A program made the translations under genes and the position numbers. A stretch of DNA of 64,000 nucleotides from Antedon mediterranea (taxonomy: Eukaryota; Animalia; Echinodermata): positions 10,128,101 through 10,192,100 of the forward strand of contig NC_092677.1 in NCBI RefSeq assembly GCF_964355755.1, written 5' to 3'. The notes beneath the pieces are model-generated. The model was given only the letters and a program-made list of their open reading frames with translations. It was not told the DNA's origin and did not search any database. This document shows, piece after piece, positions 26,488 through 40,147 of the stretch (position 1 is its first letter; each line of letters starts with the position of its first letter).

Positions 26488-29400
26488 TGGAAGAGTAAGG
26501 TAATAGGAAGCCAAATAAGGCAACTAATTTATCAAAGTGTAATAAATATTCTGGGTTTAACATCATCTCCGACTCTGAGAAACAATTGGTTTCTACAGTA
26601 AGCAACCTGGAATAATGTGTAATACTGAGGAAATTGGGTCACAACTTCTTCAGGCCAGTGGAATGGTGCTGACCTCAGCAATAAGCCAAAGTAAGTATGA
26701 GGAATGTGTGCTTGACGATAAGCCAGGAACAGTGATGGACGACGTAGAAGAAGATGGAATCCTGTATGTAGTAGTCTTCCTGTAAGTTGTAAGGACAGAG
26801 GGCGTGATACCAAAGCTATTACTAAGGAGCAGATTCGAATCGAGTTTGCTAATTATCAGACAGAGAAAGTACGGGAATGACTAAAAGAAACACACACATA
26901 TGAAGCAGAACGCCAGGGGTGTGTAATGAATGCCCAACTACCGATATATATCCGTATTTGATCATAACACAGCAGCAGCACCGTTTACAATATAGTATAT
27001 TTAGAAGTACATACAACAAACTACATCTACTACAGCACCTAACTAATTTGACTAGTATGAATGGCTTTTGTAACCAAGCTAGTGGTAATTTTGTCCCATA
27101 CAACTGGAGGGAGTTGGTAGTTACAAACGTGTGGAACAAGTAAGCCTAAATTAACAGGCCTAGGTACAGCAAGTAAAGCAAGAATGAACCAATGTTGCTG
27201 CATCATATAAGGGAGTTTTGGTCTACGCAACAACTAGGCTTAGCGATTCACACTGGCTGCATTGACTATCATGTGTAAGGTATGACTGAGTGTTTACGGA
27301 CTCTGACCCAACTTGGCTGGCACTAGAAATATTGAGATAAGCTCTCGCTCTTATCTAGCAGAAAAAGATTCTACAGCTGAATTTCAAATGTGTGAAGAAC
27401 TCGCCTTGCTTGGAGTAGCAGTGGAAACTCAACCAGCCATCAACCTACTACAATATATAAATAATACGGGAGCCATACCAATAACATGTACACTAGATAT
27501 AATACCGTTTAAGATAGATTTCACAGCAGATAAAAACAAAGCAGCATCCGCACAAACTAATTGTTAATACTATCCTAATAAATATGACGACGCATGTGCA
27601 TGAAAATAGAATTCATGATACATTTAAATCGGCAATATAGGTCGACGACGCCGCAAACACTATTGACAAATAAGTAAGAAACAAAAAGCTGAAATGGTGT
27701 ATACTGTTAGATATTCAGGGATTTTATTTTTGTTTGCATCGTTTTGATTAAGACGTTACATAGATGTAGTTGAAAATAGTGTTTGAAATCATGTTTAAAG
27801 TTAAATTACTATGTATTTTGCCTAATCTCAAGACTGAGTGTCTATTTAGTAGGATAACACTAGTTACAAACTAATCACAAAATGTGTTTGTACTTGGATT
27901 AGCACCAAATGTTAAATGCGTGAAATGCAGTACAACCACTCATTTGGGACACCTCTATTAAGGGGACACTTCACGAACGAAGGGCGGTAATGGTATATCT
28001 TTTAATACTACGGTCAACCCCTATTTAGGGGACATTATTGGTTCCTAAATATGTTCCATGGGTTATACTGTATAGTAATGTAGTTACAGGCCTCAAACAA
28101 GACCCAAAATGGTATCTAAATCAAGTTTGATCTGAAATACAATCATTTACTTTGATGATGTGTTTACACATCTTTATAAAATATAAATATATTTTATTTT
28201 GTTACCTGTTTATAAAATGTATAGCAATTTGATTGGTGTCAGATGTTATCTCGCATCATTAACTTCATATAACCTAAAAGAGAAATATCTTTCAGTATTT
28301 TTTCCATCAAATCTTTATAATGTAATATTCTGTACATACTGTAGATCAGTCAAAAGGGTTTTCCATATCACATTATTAATGATAGTATCAGAATCATGAA
28401 GAAAAAGATGTATATTAATAACTTTTTATAGTGTAACATTTTAAGGGATTTTCTATTTATTATGGGTAAATAGGGAGGACAATGTTTTTTTGTGGGAGTG
28501 AGACTGAGATGGTGAGTGTTGGCCTAAAGCTCTGTCTACACTATCAAAGAAGGTGTGATGTGCCCAAATATGGTAATGATATGATGTCATCGTGTCCATA
28601 TATGGGCACATCACATTTTTTTTGTAACATAAAGTTTGTGCATATTCAATTCAAACAACATAATATTATTAATCATCTATCTTTTTCGACTGCACTACTC
28701 CCCCCCCCCCCTCCCTTGGCCCCTTTTCATCCATCCAAACACTTCAATTCTTCTGTACATCTCAACTATTTTCGGCAAACATTTGTTCTCTTATTTGCAC
28801 TGGATTCTGTACTTCAAATATGGATGTCCAATATAGGCAAATTCTGTAGTACAGTGTCATATATGTATCATATGTGGCGCCTGTATTAAATTAGGCTTAT
28901 AACCTATGAAACAGGTGACACATGTGATACATATGAGACCCTGTATCAAGTAATTTGTCTATGATACTGGAAAATCAGCCTGTGGACAATATTATATACA
29001 GTACTGAGAATCAGCTACATTTAACCATGGAGTAACTTGACAACGTGACATTGCAAATGAAGCTCTTTTTTGTATTTATCTATTGTTAAATGAAAGTCAG
29101 TGGGTAAATTCTTCCTAAAAGGTATCAAAAAAATATTGTGGCTTATAACATAATGTTGTGTTATATTTTCCTTTTTATAAATCGAACCATATATGTACTC
29201 AAGAACCTAGGACGTTTAATGATTTTATTTTGTTGTAATTTGAATGATTAACATTCTGTTTTTGATTATATAAAAGTTTCACTTGGTGTGATGGCGGTAT
29301 TGGAGTCTCATTATTCTCACTACTTCAACAGAGTACCCTTTAAAACCACCTTTCTTTTGTTAGATATTACTAGACCTTTGTCTCTTTGCCTGCTTCTTCC

Positions 29401-32400
29401 CTGTTTACAGAGATTTCCATGGATATTTCCCTCCCCCTTTCCCCCACACTAGAACAAAAGAAGTAATACACTTGACTTGACCACCACCAAACTAACCGTG
29501 TACCTTAACTTCAACTCTAAGTGTGCAGATCTATTAACAAAATATTACTAAATCTTCGCTCAACTACTTTGATACTTTCCATTGTACAGAGATGTCGACC
29601 TCTCCACGTCGGATTTTTCCAAACCCCGGTGTAGAAAATATGTTTTTAATACACCTGAACCCTACAGGTAAACGCATGAATAAGTTAATTCTATAATCCA
29701 CCCACCCGCGACCATCTCTCTCCCTTCCCGCCACTCCTAATCGCTACCGACCTTTCCAAACACACACACACACCTTCCCCTCCCACTACACCCCCTAGAC
29801 CTACCTTGTTCTACAGCAGTGTTGACATTTCCGTTTGTAATGTTTTTTATATATTTACATTGTATTTTTCACTTGTACAAAACACAGTACAGTATATCAA
29901 TGAATATCAAGATGATTTCACATAGTGAAATTTATTTTCAGCAGATTTGCAAATCATATAATAATTTATTTTAGTGTTTAAAACATAAGTAACATCACAA
30001 CAGATTTGCAAATCATTTAATAATTTATTTTAATTAGTTTATTGAATATGGAAAAAATGTTGTACAAATTAAACATATATGATTAAAATTATGGCAGTTT
30101 TATGTTGTCGATAAAAACATAAATTATTCGTTTTTACTGTAAGCGCTAAACCCTTCATCATATTGCACCATACACTGGTGTGTGACGTGATTGCCGCCAG
30201 CCATATATCGCCCACCACGAAGACGCTTGAGGCGCCTCATACTTATAAATATCTCCTTCATTTTATCTGCTTCTATTTTCGTATGTTAATATATGGTGGG
30301 TTATTTAACTACTGTACCAAATGATTACAATACATGGGATTACTTATAAACGAAGTATTAATTTGTTTAAGGGTATTAAGACAATTTTAATCAAATCAAG
30401 TTTTACAACGTAAATAATATACTTTCAATATTCAAATGAAATGTGTTATATTATTATATTTATTTGTTTTGACATTTAAACACGAACGCACTATTTTAAT
30501 CGGGACTCCGGAATGTGATTTTATTAACTGCCAGAACTGCTAGTTTTGTCGGGCCGCTGAAACAAATATAAAGCAAGAAATATTTCTTACAAAAAACGCT
30601 GCTCGCTTATTGACGTAACAGTTTTAAAGATATATTGTCCCTCTGAAAAAATATTTTTTTTGTTTTTGCAAGTGTCATTTTATTGTCACATAATAGTTAT
30701 TCACGTTAACCAAACAATTATTTACCTGAAAAAAAATGTAATTTAAAGCAAAAAATACTTAAATCGTCTGCCAGTTTTGGGTTATAATTAAACGTTTCTT
30801 TTCTCTTTTTATACGTAAATAAATATTATTTTTTTTGTTACAGAAGTGAATAACTTGTATTTGAAGTAAAATACAACAAGAATTCCTACTTTGATATGAA
30901 ACAGACTCAATTTCTGTCACTTTATTTTATTATTATTATATTATTATTATATATATATTATTATTTAAGGTCAAATCTGGGGGGCACTTCATCAAGCCTA
31001 GATACTTCAAGTGTGAAGTATCTATTAATGGACTGTTTTGATAATAATTCAATGATTATCTGACAGCTTTGCTTTGGGATTTGTAATTTTAGCATGACAT
31101 GTCCTAGTTTACAAAAAACAAAAATGTCGGCCTCTAGTACTATAACTGCTGCTTGCTTTCAGCTTCTGAATGAGTAGTCCTCTTAGAACGTAGCTGGCTA
31201 AAGCAGCAGCTTGACAATATTGTCAACTAGGAAATCTTTATGTTAAACTCTGTCTACACTATCAAACTAGTTTTGACAACAAAGTGTGATATGCCCAAAT
31301 ATGGTAGTAATATGACGTCAAAGTGTCCATAGGCACATCCCATTTTGTTGTCACATAAAGTTTGATAGTGTAGACAGCTTTATAGATGGAAATCTATACA
31401 AAAATAACATTATGCTCAACACTGGTCTTTTGGGCAAGTCAATAATGTATGTTGCGCCCTCATCGATTACAATACCACACTTACTTCCCTAAGTGTCTTA
31501 ATATAAATTCCCAAAATGAAAATATAAGAAAATATATGGTAGAGAAATCGTCTGAATATTGAAAGCAGTGTAGGCCTAAGTACGTTAAATACGGCTGTAA
31601 GCATTAATGTATTGTAGCCAAACGTGTTTACACCGCAGTAACTGCAGTAACTGTAGCATTTGGCTTAAGTAGTAGGTCAGCTTATAACATTTTTTGTACT
31701 ACAGTAACTGCAATTTCCACATTACCTGATTTCCAATGTTTCTCGTTTTACTCGTACTTTGTCTTCGTATTTATCACTGTGTAAATATTGTACAACACAT
31801 GTATGACGATGAAACACTATTTGTAAAGGAGAAGATAGATTATGTAATAATAAGAGTGGTCCGTTTTCAAAGGCTGTAAACTAAATGTTAAGTTGTTTTA
31901 CTTGTCGTTGTTTGCCTATTCATTATCAGAACTCGATCAAAGTCGGCCCCAACCCATTTCGGCGGCAACTCACCCTTTTTTGCGTTCCATAATTTATCGG
32001 GATGCAGTTGCCGATTTAGATTGTGGCCGATGTGAGTTGGGCCCAGGATTGTTTAGGGCCGACAGGCTTTCTTTTATCTTACCTTTACAAATGTGAATAG
32101 TTAGTAGGGCCTATGACAACAACAAAAAATTGTCGTTATTCGAGTTATCCACCTGATCGTCGTGTATCTTACCGCTTATATTTCACACAGACACTTAAAA
32201 GTGTTGTTTAAGAGAGTGCCGTGTGAACATTAGACATTTATCTTTTTAAAAATGCCCCCCCCCCCCCCCCATATTATAATACTGATTCATCTTTTTCGTT
32301 CACAAAATCCAATTTATTTTGGCCCTAGTGGCCGCCCATGATTCATCTTCCTTCTCTAGCACCATGCTTTATGTATTCTGTTTTTTTTTTGTGTGCTCAA

Positions 32401-32771
32401 GTATTATATTTTCTTTTCGTCCAATATACCATAATATAGTTGATTGTGCCTTTAGCTACTCCATTTATTTCTTAGTATTCGTGTCTATTTACTGCATGAT
32501 CGTTAATATAGATGAATTTGCCTTGTGGTCATTTCAGAATGATTAGGGCTTTGGTTATAATGGTTATTGCTAGTTCTCATAAACTGCCCACATTATATCA
32601 TTGTGTCCATTTGGTCAAAATGAGTCATTATTGAATATGATGACGGATTTGATATATTAAACGTACAATGAGAAAAGAAGTTAAAATACAGCCACACCCA
32701 TTGCTTTCCAAGTTTGTGACGCAAGCATAGGCTTAGTTCTGACTTGAAAATTCATGCGTTGCGTGCTTTAA

Positions 32772-32910
32772 AGCTCTGTCTACAATCCCAAACTTCATGT
32801 GACAAAAAAATGTGATGTGCCCATGTAATGGACACGATGTAATAGTACTACCATATTTGGGCACATTACATTTTTGTTAGTCAAACTAATTTGATAGTGT
32901 AGACAGAGCT
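32772..32910. mobile_element. MITE family A, full-length copy
   Basis: taa|agctctgtctaca...tgtagacagagct|tta. Confidence 0.9.
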
Positions 32911-32960
32911 TTATATAACGTACGATAACAGTATGTCAATGTGACCAAACAGAACACACC

Positions 32961-33300
32961 AACCTATTTATTTTGGAAATTGGTAGTCAGGCTATACATT
33001 GACTTTTGCCCAATTAGCAGTGTCACTGGTGTTGGGAACGCGATATTTCCTATACGGCCATAGTAACCCTATTTATTTGGAAAATTGGTAGTCAGACTAT
33101 ACACTGACTTTTGACCAATCAGCTGCAGTATCACTGGTGTTGGAGCGCGCTATTTCCTATAACATTTAAGTCGTGTTCCGCGCGTTACATGATATGAGCA
33201 TAGTAACCCTTTTTATTTTGGAAATTGGTAGTCAGATATAAAGACTGACTTTTGACTAATCAGACAGCGGTATCAATGGTCGTGTTCCCCGCGTACACGA
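32961..33300 (+). repeat. Three imperfect direct copies of a ~100-140 bp unit
   Basis: aacc(c)tatttat..ggaaattggtagtcag..tgacttttg at ~32961, ~33065 and ~33205. Confidence 0.8.
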
Positions 33301-33981
33301 TATGGCTAGTACATTTCTGCAGGTTCTGTTTTCATGCATGTTTTAAAAAATATATTTGGTAGGTATTATCAAACTACAAATAATGGTATAGGCCATGGAT
33401 TTAAATGCCGTTACATGAATCATAACGCCTATTTATAATATCTGTTTAGTTTGGCCTCCCGTAAAGCTTGGTTCCCACTAGGACGCAACGCAAGGACGTA
33501 AGCCACCCCTACGTCCTAGTGGGGCGTAGGGGACTAAGCTTGATAATTGACCGTACCTATGTGGTGTATCCACAATGTAGTCATTCCTATTTCATCTTGT
33601 GTGTTTCTGAGCTTATATAAATTACCTAATATTTTAGTAAGCTGTTTTTAGTTTCTTTTGACGCATTTTAGCGCCTGTTCCTCCTCAGCCCTAGTGGTGC
33701 ACTCTACTAATATGAATTGTTTTGAGTTGAGAGTCCAATGCATCTGTTATCTCCCCGTGAATACATCTCTGTTTTCTTAAGACACTATTAAACCTATCTA
33801 TTTATTGTTAATAAAAATACTTGGTAGCCGCAAGACACAGAAGCTCCTGTCGGCATATATAATGGATTACTATACCGCAGGAGGAAAGAGAATATGCAAT
33901 GTATTTTGTATTTGATAATGATCATGTATTATCTGAAAATAGAATAAATTTGATTTCATGTTTAAAATTATATGTCCTTTA

Positions 33982-34160
33982 AGCTTGGTTCCCACTAGAA
34001 CGTAACGCAAGGACGTAAACGCAACGCAAGCGTTTTAACCAATGGCAAGCGAAGTTATAGACACTTGGCAATCACAAGCGAATAAGCCATCGCTTGTGAT
34101 TGGTCAATTCACTTGCGTTGCGTTACGTCCTTGTGTTGCGTCGCTAGTGGGAACCACGCT
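33982..34160. mobile_element. MITE family B (179 bp, TIR AGCTTGGTTCCCACTAG). Near-identical copies at 34358-34575, 38806-38984, 49381-49554, 57182-57360; diverged or partial copies near 33465, 34257, 34790, 37815, 38035, 38305, 40010, 43550, 48000, 53040
   Basis: TIRs with TTA|...|TTA flanks and internal ACGCA/TGCGT repeats. High identity among copies implies recent activity. Confidence 0.92.
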
Positions 34161-34256
34161 TTAGACCTTTAAAGTTTAACATGGTTTGTAATTGAATCGT
34201 TTAGATTAAACTTCCATAAGGGTTAAGTCATGAGAAGGAATGTATAGTCTTTATTA

Positions 34257-34620
34257 AGCCTGGTTCCCACTAGGACGTAAAACGCAAAGCAAGCGTGTTG
34301 ACCAATGACAAGCATAAGTTTAAATAATCCATCGCTTGTGATTAGTCAACTCACTAAAGCTTGGTTCCCACTAGAACGTAACGCAAGGACGTAAACGCAA
34401 CGCAATCGTTTTAACCAATGACAAGCGAAGTTATAGACAGCAAAGATCTTCGTGGCGCTATAGTATCTTTGATAGACAGTTAGCAATCACAAGCGAATAA
34501 GCCATCGCTTGTGATTGGTCAATTCACTTGCGCTGCGTTACGTCCTTGCGTTGCGTCGCTAGTGGGAACCACGCTTTACGTTGTGTTACGTTCTTGTGTT
34601 TCGTCTCTAGTGGGAACCAG
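34257..34620. mobile_element. Nested MITEs: older family-B-related host containing a young family-B copy (34358-34575), which contains a 31-bp TIR element
   Basis: Outer ends agcctggttcccactag / ctagtgggaaccag. The inner copy is 218 bp = 179 + 31 + 8. Confidence 0.88.
34441..34471. mobile_element. 31-bp minimal TIR element with 8-bp TSD (P- or hAT-type)
   Basis: ATAGACAG|CAAAGAT..ATCTTTG|ATAGACAG; the empty site is seen in sister MITE copies. Confidence 0.8.
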
Positions 34621-37322
34621 ATATTAGAGGATTTATTTAATACATTTTTGGTTATAATATACAGTACAGTTTTTGTTTATTACATGATACTTTGATTATT
34701 TTAATTTGTGAGGTAAGTTTTTTCAAATTTGATTGGTTCACGTGACTGTTGCCTTGTCGATTCTAACGAAAGATTGCTGAAGCCCTCATTTGTTTCCCAC
34801 TTAAACGTAACGCAAGGACGCGACGTTTTGACCAATCACGACGCGATGAATAATTCGTCATACTTTCACGTATGTAGGTTTACCAATCACAATCAACAGT
34901 ACGGACGATCCATCGCATCATGATTGGTCAAATGACTTGCGTTGGCGCTTACGTCATTGTACGTCCTAAGCCTTGTCTACACTATCAAACTTCATGTGAC
35001 AAAAAATGAGATGTGCCCATATATGTACATGATGATGCCATATATTTGGTACATCACATAGTTTTGTCTCATAAGTTTAATTAAGGTATTCCTTAATCCA
35101 TGATATAGTGTAGACAAAGTTTAGAGTGTGGGAACAAGCTTTAGTACGCACGCATTGACACTCGACCTTGTGTTTCTAAAGCTCTGTCTTCACTATCAAA
35201 CTAGTGATGTGTCCAAATATGGTAGTGATACGCCCAAATATGGTAGTGATATGACATCTTCATGTCCATATGGGCACACCAGAGCTTTAGATTATTTCAT
35301 CATTATAGTAAACCATATTATTATTTAGTTAACAATGAGTAATGCAGACCTTTTATATGCAAAATCTAATGCAAAATATATTAGTCGAACAACATTAGAA
35401 TATTCCTTTTCCGTTAATTTATATTAATGTTTACAACAATACGTATTCAATGTCTTGTTCCAGATAATGTTTGATGAAAATGTATTGTAGATTTAGCTCA
35501 TTACAAAATGATCATGTCATTAGCCGTTGATGGTGGTACGTGCGAAAAAAATGTGATTACAAGATAATTACTAATTGTACATTAAAAGCTCTTAAAATAA
35601 TACAAAATCAAGACTGGTTGTATAGATAAACCGTTCGCACTCGCAGTATACCAGATTGTGCCTCGTAGAATGTCGCGTGCGTGAAACGTGGACATTTTGA
35701 ATCCGTGTATGGATAAGAATGATTACTCATACTGCGCATGACCCATTATAAGCATGTTTGACAGCGTTTTCCTTTATTAAGCCTACCTATAAGTATTAAA
35801 ATCGCCGCTGAAAAAAAACCTTACTAACTTTCGATGCATTTTATAAATGATATTGCCTAAGATACCTACTGAAGAAATTTTTCATTCTTGATCTGAAAAA
35901 AACTTGTGTGCATGGCGCATTTCGCAACCACCCCCCCCCCCCCCAAAGGGCGCGAATTTCGAGTCTGTTTCGTATTGCGCAGTATAAAGTCGCTTTTTTG
36001 CATATGAGAGGTTTCTCCGTGTCGTGTTAGGCATAATTTGTACGACCAAATATTCATTTTGGAAAAAATTCAGACAAAATGCGAATTTGTTTAAATTTCC
36101 AGAGACATATTTCATCAGACGTGGCAAGTGGAATGCGAAATGAGATGCGAGCATGCAACGATGTATAATTTTATTTTCTTTATCAAGTTTATTTCTGTCA
36201 GGAAACGCTTAAAGGATAGGGTTGTTTTTCCATCCATCCTCGAATACTCGTTTGTTCTAGGCCCCCGGGGTATGGCCTTCTTACCGAGTTTTTTGTACAA
36301 TGATTCATATTCGATAGCAGCTGCGAGCGCTCTGCACAGTAACAGAACGCCATTCATATCCGTCGAACCATGAACGCTGCCGCAAGGGTGCTTCAGGGTG
36401 TGCCTTAACTTGTTTGTTGGCTGCCTTTGTCGTTCGCTCTAATGTATTGCATTGCTGCTAGGCTAGCTAAGCAGAGTACTAAAATGGTAATGCTAGATGA
36501 ATATCTGTCGTCCTTCCTTCGGGTATAATCTCGAGTAGACATGTTGTATGTATTTTTCGACAAGATTGAATTTTTCGCTTTTAACTATATTCAATCATGG
36601 ATGTAATCAGTATCCTTGGAATATGTACATAATGTACACATTTTTTATAATACAATCGTTTTATTTTCAGTGAATATTGTGCTAAATGAGTATGTATAAT
36701 ATACGCATAATGTCCTCTGTATGTAGGCCTATTTCGTGATAATATATACTATACATAGTATTACTAATACTAATTAGGTATCTAAATGCTTTTATAACCG
36801 TTTATTTAATACATATAATTAAATAATAATCAAAACATAATAATAGATGTAACTATACATGTATAGGTCCATGATGACGGTTTCAGAATCACATCGGTAT
36901 TTTACGAATTTCTGCTCGGAAAATAATTGTATGTAGCCTATATTACTTATTTAGACAAATAATAGGTTTTCAAACAGTAGGCCTATCTGTTTTTCCCGAC
37001 ATCATTTTAATTGTCGCGTGAGTATTGATGTCTGGAGTCTTGACTTGGCGTTCTTTGTGTCGCTTGTGATAGGTCAACTCACTAATTGCGTTGCGCTCTA
37101 TCGTTGCGTCGCTTACACGTGTAAATGTGCGTAAAATTGCGCATACAGTAGGCCTCTGTTAATAATATAAGTGTGCATACATCAGTTCCGTATAGTCAAC
37201 GCGCGCACATCGAAAAATGCATATAAATCGTTAGTTTAAGGGTCAGTCGGTTTACAGCATTAGGCCTATACGCAACCGTTTTCATTGACAGATTTGTAAT
37301 CCTACGAATCAAAGAAAAATGA

Positions 37323-37558
37323 AATTCGAAAATTAATTTAAAAATGTGAATTTGTACAGTTACGGACTTTAAATATGAACTAATTAGAGGAAATCGAATA
37401 TTAAATGGCGTAAGGTGTCCGATCCTAACATCAGTTAGGATCGGTAATTCGAAAATTAATTTTAAAATGTGAATTTGTACAGTTACGGACTTTAATTATG
37501 AACTAATTAGAGGAAATCGAATATTAAATGGCGTAAGGTGTCCGATCCTAACATCAGT
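37323..37558 (+). repeat. ~123-bp tandem duplication
   Basis: aattcgaaaattaattt...ccgatcctaacatcagtt occurs twice, nearly identical. Confidence 0.92.
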
Positions 37559-39226
37559 TTGAAATTAACGAATAGCTTCGTATACTACAAAGAAGACGAC
37601 GTCTAATTGCCCTAACGCCAGTGATGGTTTTTACCCCTCTGGTAATGGGCTAGATCCTATCATCCTTTGTCAGCAGACTGACTAATTAATATCATCATTA
37701 AGCCTAAGGTACAGGTATACATTGGTCTGTTATGAGGAAATTCAAATTAATATTATAGGAAATTGTTTTGATTGCTCTCGTGTTGTTTACTATTTTGCAA
37801 GCCTTTAAGATCGATTCCCACTATGACGCAACGCAAGGACGTAAACGCAACGTAAGCGTATTGACCAATAACAAGCAACAGTCGAATAAATCCATCGCTT
37901 GTGATTGGCCAAATCCCTTACGTTGCGTTAAGTCCTTGCGTTGCGTCTCTAGTGAGAACCAAGCGTAACAAGTCCTCTTACCTAGTAGTACAATTCTGAA
38001 AAACATAGTGTAGTGTGATGGATTATTAAAACTGTCGCTTGTGATTGATCAATTGGCTTACGTCGCGGCGCCTACGTCCTGATGTTGCGTCCTAGTGGTA
38101 ACTTAGCTTAAAAACCAACATTAGTATAACCATGGTACCATGGTATAACTCGTTAAGTTAACCACGTCTTATTCAGTTCAATTTTTAAAAAATGCATTAT
38201 ATCCGGGAAATAATATTTAAAAGCCTTAATGCGCATAACATAATTCTGTATAATCGTCATCATCATCATATCAAAGCAATTTAAAATCGATACAAATACG
38301 ATAAGTTTCTCACTAGGACGCAACGCAGGGACGTAAGCGCAACGCAACCGAATTGACCAATCACAAGCGATGGCTTATTCGCTTGTGATTGCTAACTGTC
38401 TATAACTTCGTTTGTCATTGGTTAAAACGCTTGCGTTGCGTTTACGTCCTTGCGTTACGTTCTAGTGGGAACCAAGCTTTACGTTACGCTTACGTTGTTG
38501 CGTTGCGTCCTAGTGGGAACCAAGCTTTATGATAACTCAGTTTATTTAGTGTATGTTCATGTCACATCAACCCGTTCCCCGCTTTCCCCCATTCCATCAT
38601 CAGTATACCGTGAAGGAGTATGCGTTAAACTAATTCTCACGTTTATACAACAAAGAGATGATGCACTATTTAAAATAGCTCCTTTATTATTACTTTACAT
38701 TTATTTACTTCCAATTCAATTAAATTTACAATAAGAAACTCTAATACGAACCAATAATAGCGTTAATTAGAAATAATGTTATTTTATATACAATTTTAGT
38801 GCTTAAGCTTGGTTCCCACTAGAACGTAACGCAAGGACGTAAACGCAACGCAAGCGTTTTAACCAATGACAAGCGAAGTTATAGACAGTTAGCAATCACA
38901 AGCGAATAAGACATCGCTTGTGATTGGTCAATTCACTTGAGTTGCGTTACGTCCTTGTGTTGCGTCGCTAGTGGAAACCACGCTTTAATGTTCATTATTT
39001 TAGTTACGTATTATCCAATACAAATGGATGGTAATTAGGCCTAACACTTTTAAGTATACCCTTTAAATTGTATCCTCATAGACCCCCCGCCCCCCCACAC
39101 CTCCTTAATATACCCAGTGTAGTTTGCCCACTGAAATTAAGCATGCTATATGAAATTAGCATTCTGTTCAATTATTTGGTTCACCCATTACTTACATCTG
39201 CATTGTGGCCCCTACCCCCATCCCGA

Positions 39227-39340
39227 TATTTCATTTCATTTCATTTCATTTATTTATTTCACTTTACAAATATATAAATATAAAGTGGAGGAGCCTAAAA
39301 GAAAGCAAAGCTTGTGGTAAATAGGCTCCTCAAAACAAAA
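39227..39340 (-). mobile_element. Probable 3' end of a non-LTR retroelement (L2/CR1-clade-like)
   Basis: 10-bp stem GAGGAGCCTA...TAGGCTCCTC (39288-39331), followed on the minus strand by AATAAA and an (ATGAA)n tail. Confidence 0.5.
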
Positions 39341-40147
39341 CAAATAAAATATAAATAATATAACACAATTAGAAATATTTGATACCTCCGACATCTACTT
39401 AAAGTATACCCTTTAAATTGTATCCTCATAGACAACCACCCCCCCCCCCCCTGCCCCCTAATATACCCGGTGCAGTTTGCCCACTGACAAAATTAAGCAT
39501 GCTATATTAAATTGGCCTTCTGTTCAAGTATTATTTCATCCATTCGCATTGGAGCCTGCCCTGATGATTCCAAAATCCTCTCGTTTAACGACCGCGTATT
39601 AAAAAAAAATAATAGGACCACAATTGCAAAACGCTACTCGATCTTTCCAAAATATGTTTTACAATTTAGAGATACCACGTGTATTATTGATTTAGTAGTG
39701 GCCCGGATGATGAGATAAACGCATGCGTATTTTAACCAGTATGTTATCTCACAAATTATAAGAACGGTAATGATATTTTTTGATACTACGTCGAGGTAGT
39801 TTGTAAAATGCTATCGACTAATTCTTGACTAACATTGCAAACAATTTCGTTAAAAGCCCCGTAGTTTTAAATATGATATTCGCAGGATATTTCATAACTT
39901 CTTAATGGCACGCATGACCCAGTTATACAGTAAATCTGCCGAGGTTATACATTGTAAAGTTAAGCTTGAATCACAGTAGAACGAATTAGAGCGCATCTGC
40001 ATTAATTCCCAGTTCCAAAAGGACGTAGACGCAACGCAACGCAAGCTAGAGTTGACCAATGACAAGCAACAGTTCAAATACTCCATCGCATGTGATTGGT
40101 CAAATCACTTTATGTTGCGTCTCTATAGTGTGAACCATTAGAACCAG

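Noticed and set aside
26488-27600. Several 64-96 aa ORFs after the TAF4 stop
   Set aside because: No recognisable homology or exon structure; most likely the TAF4 3' UTR. Readthrough of the TAG meets another stop within about 40 codons.
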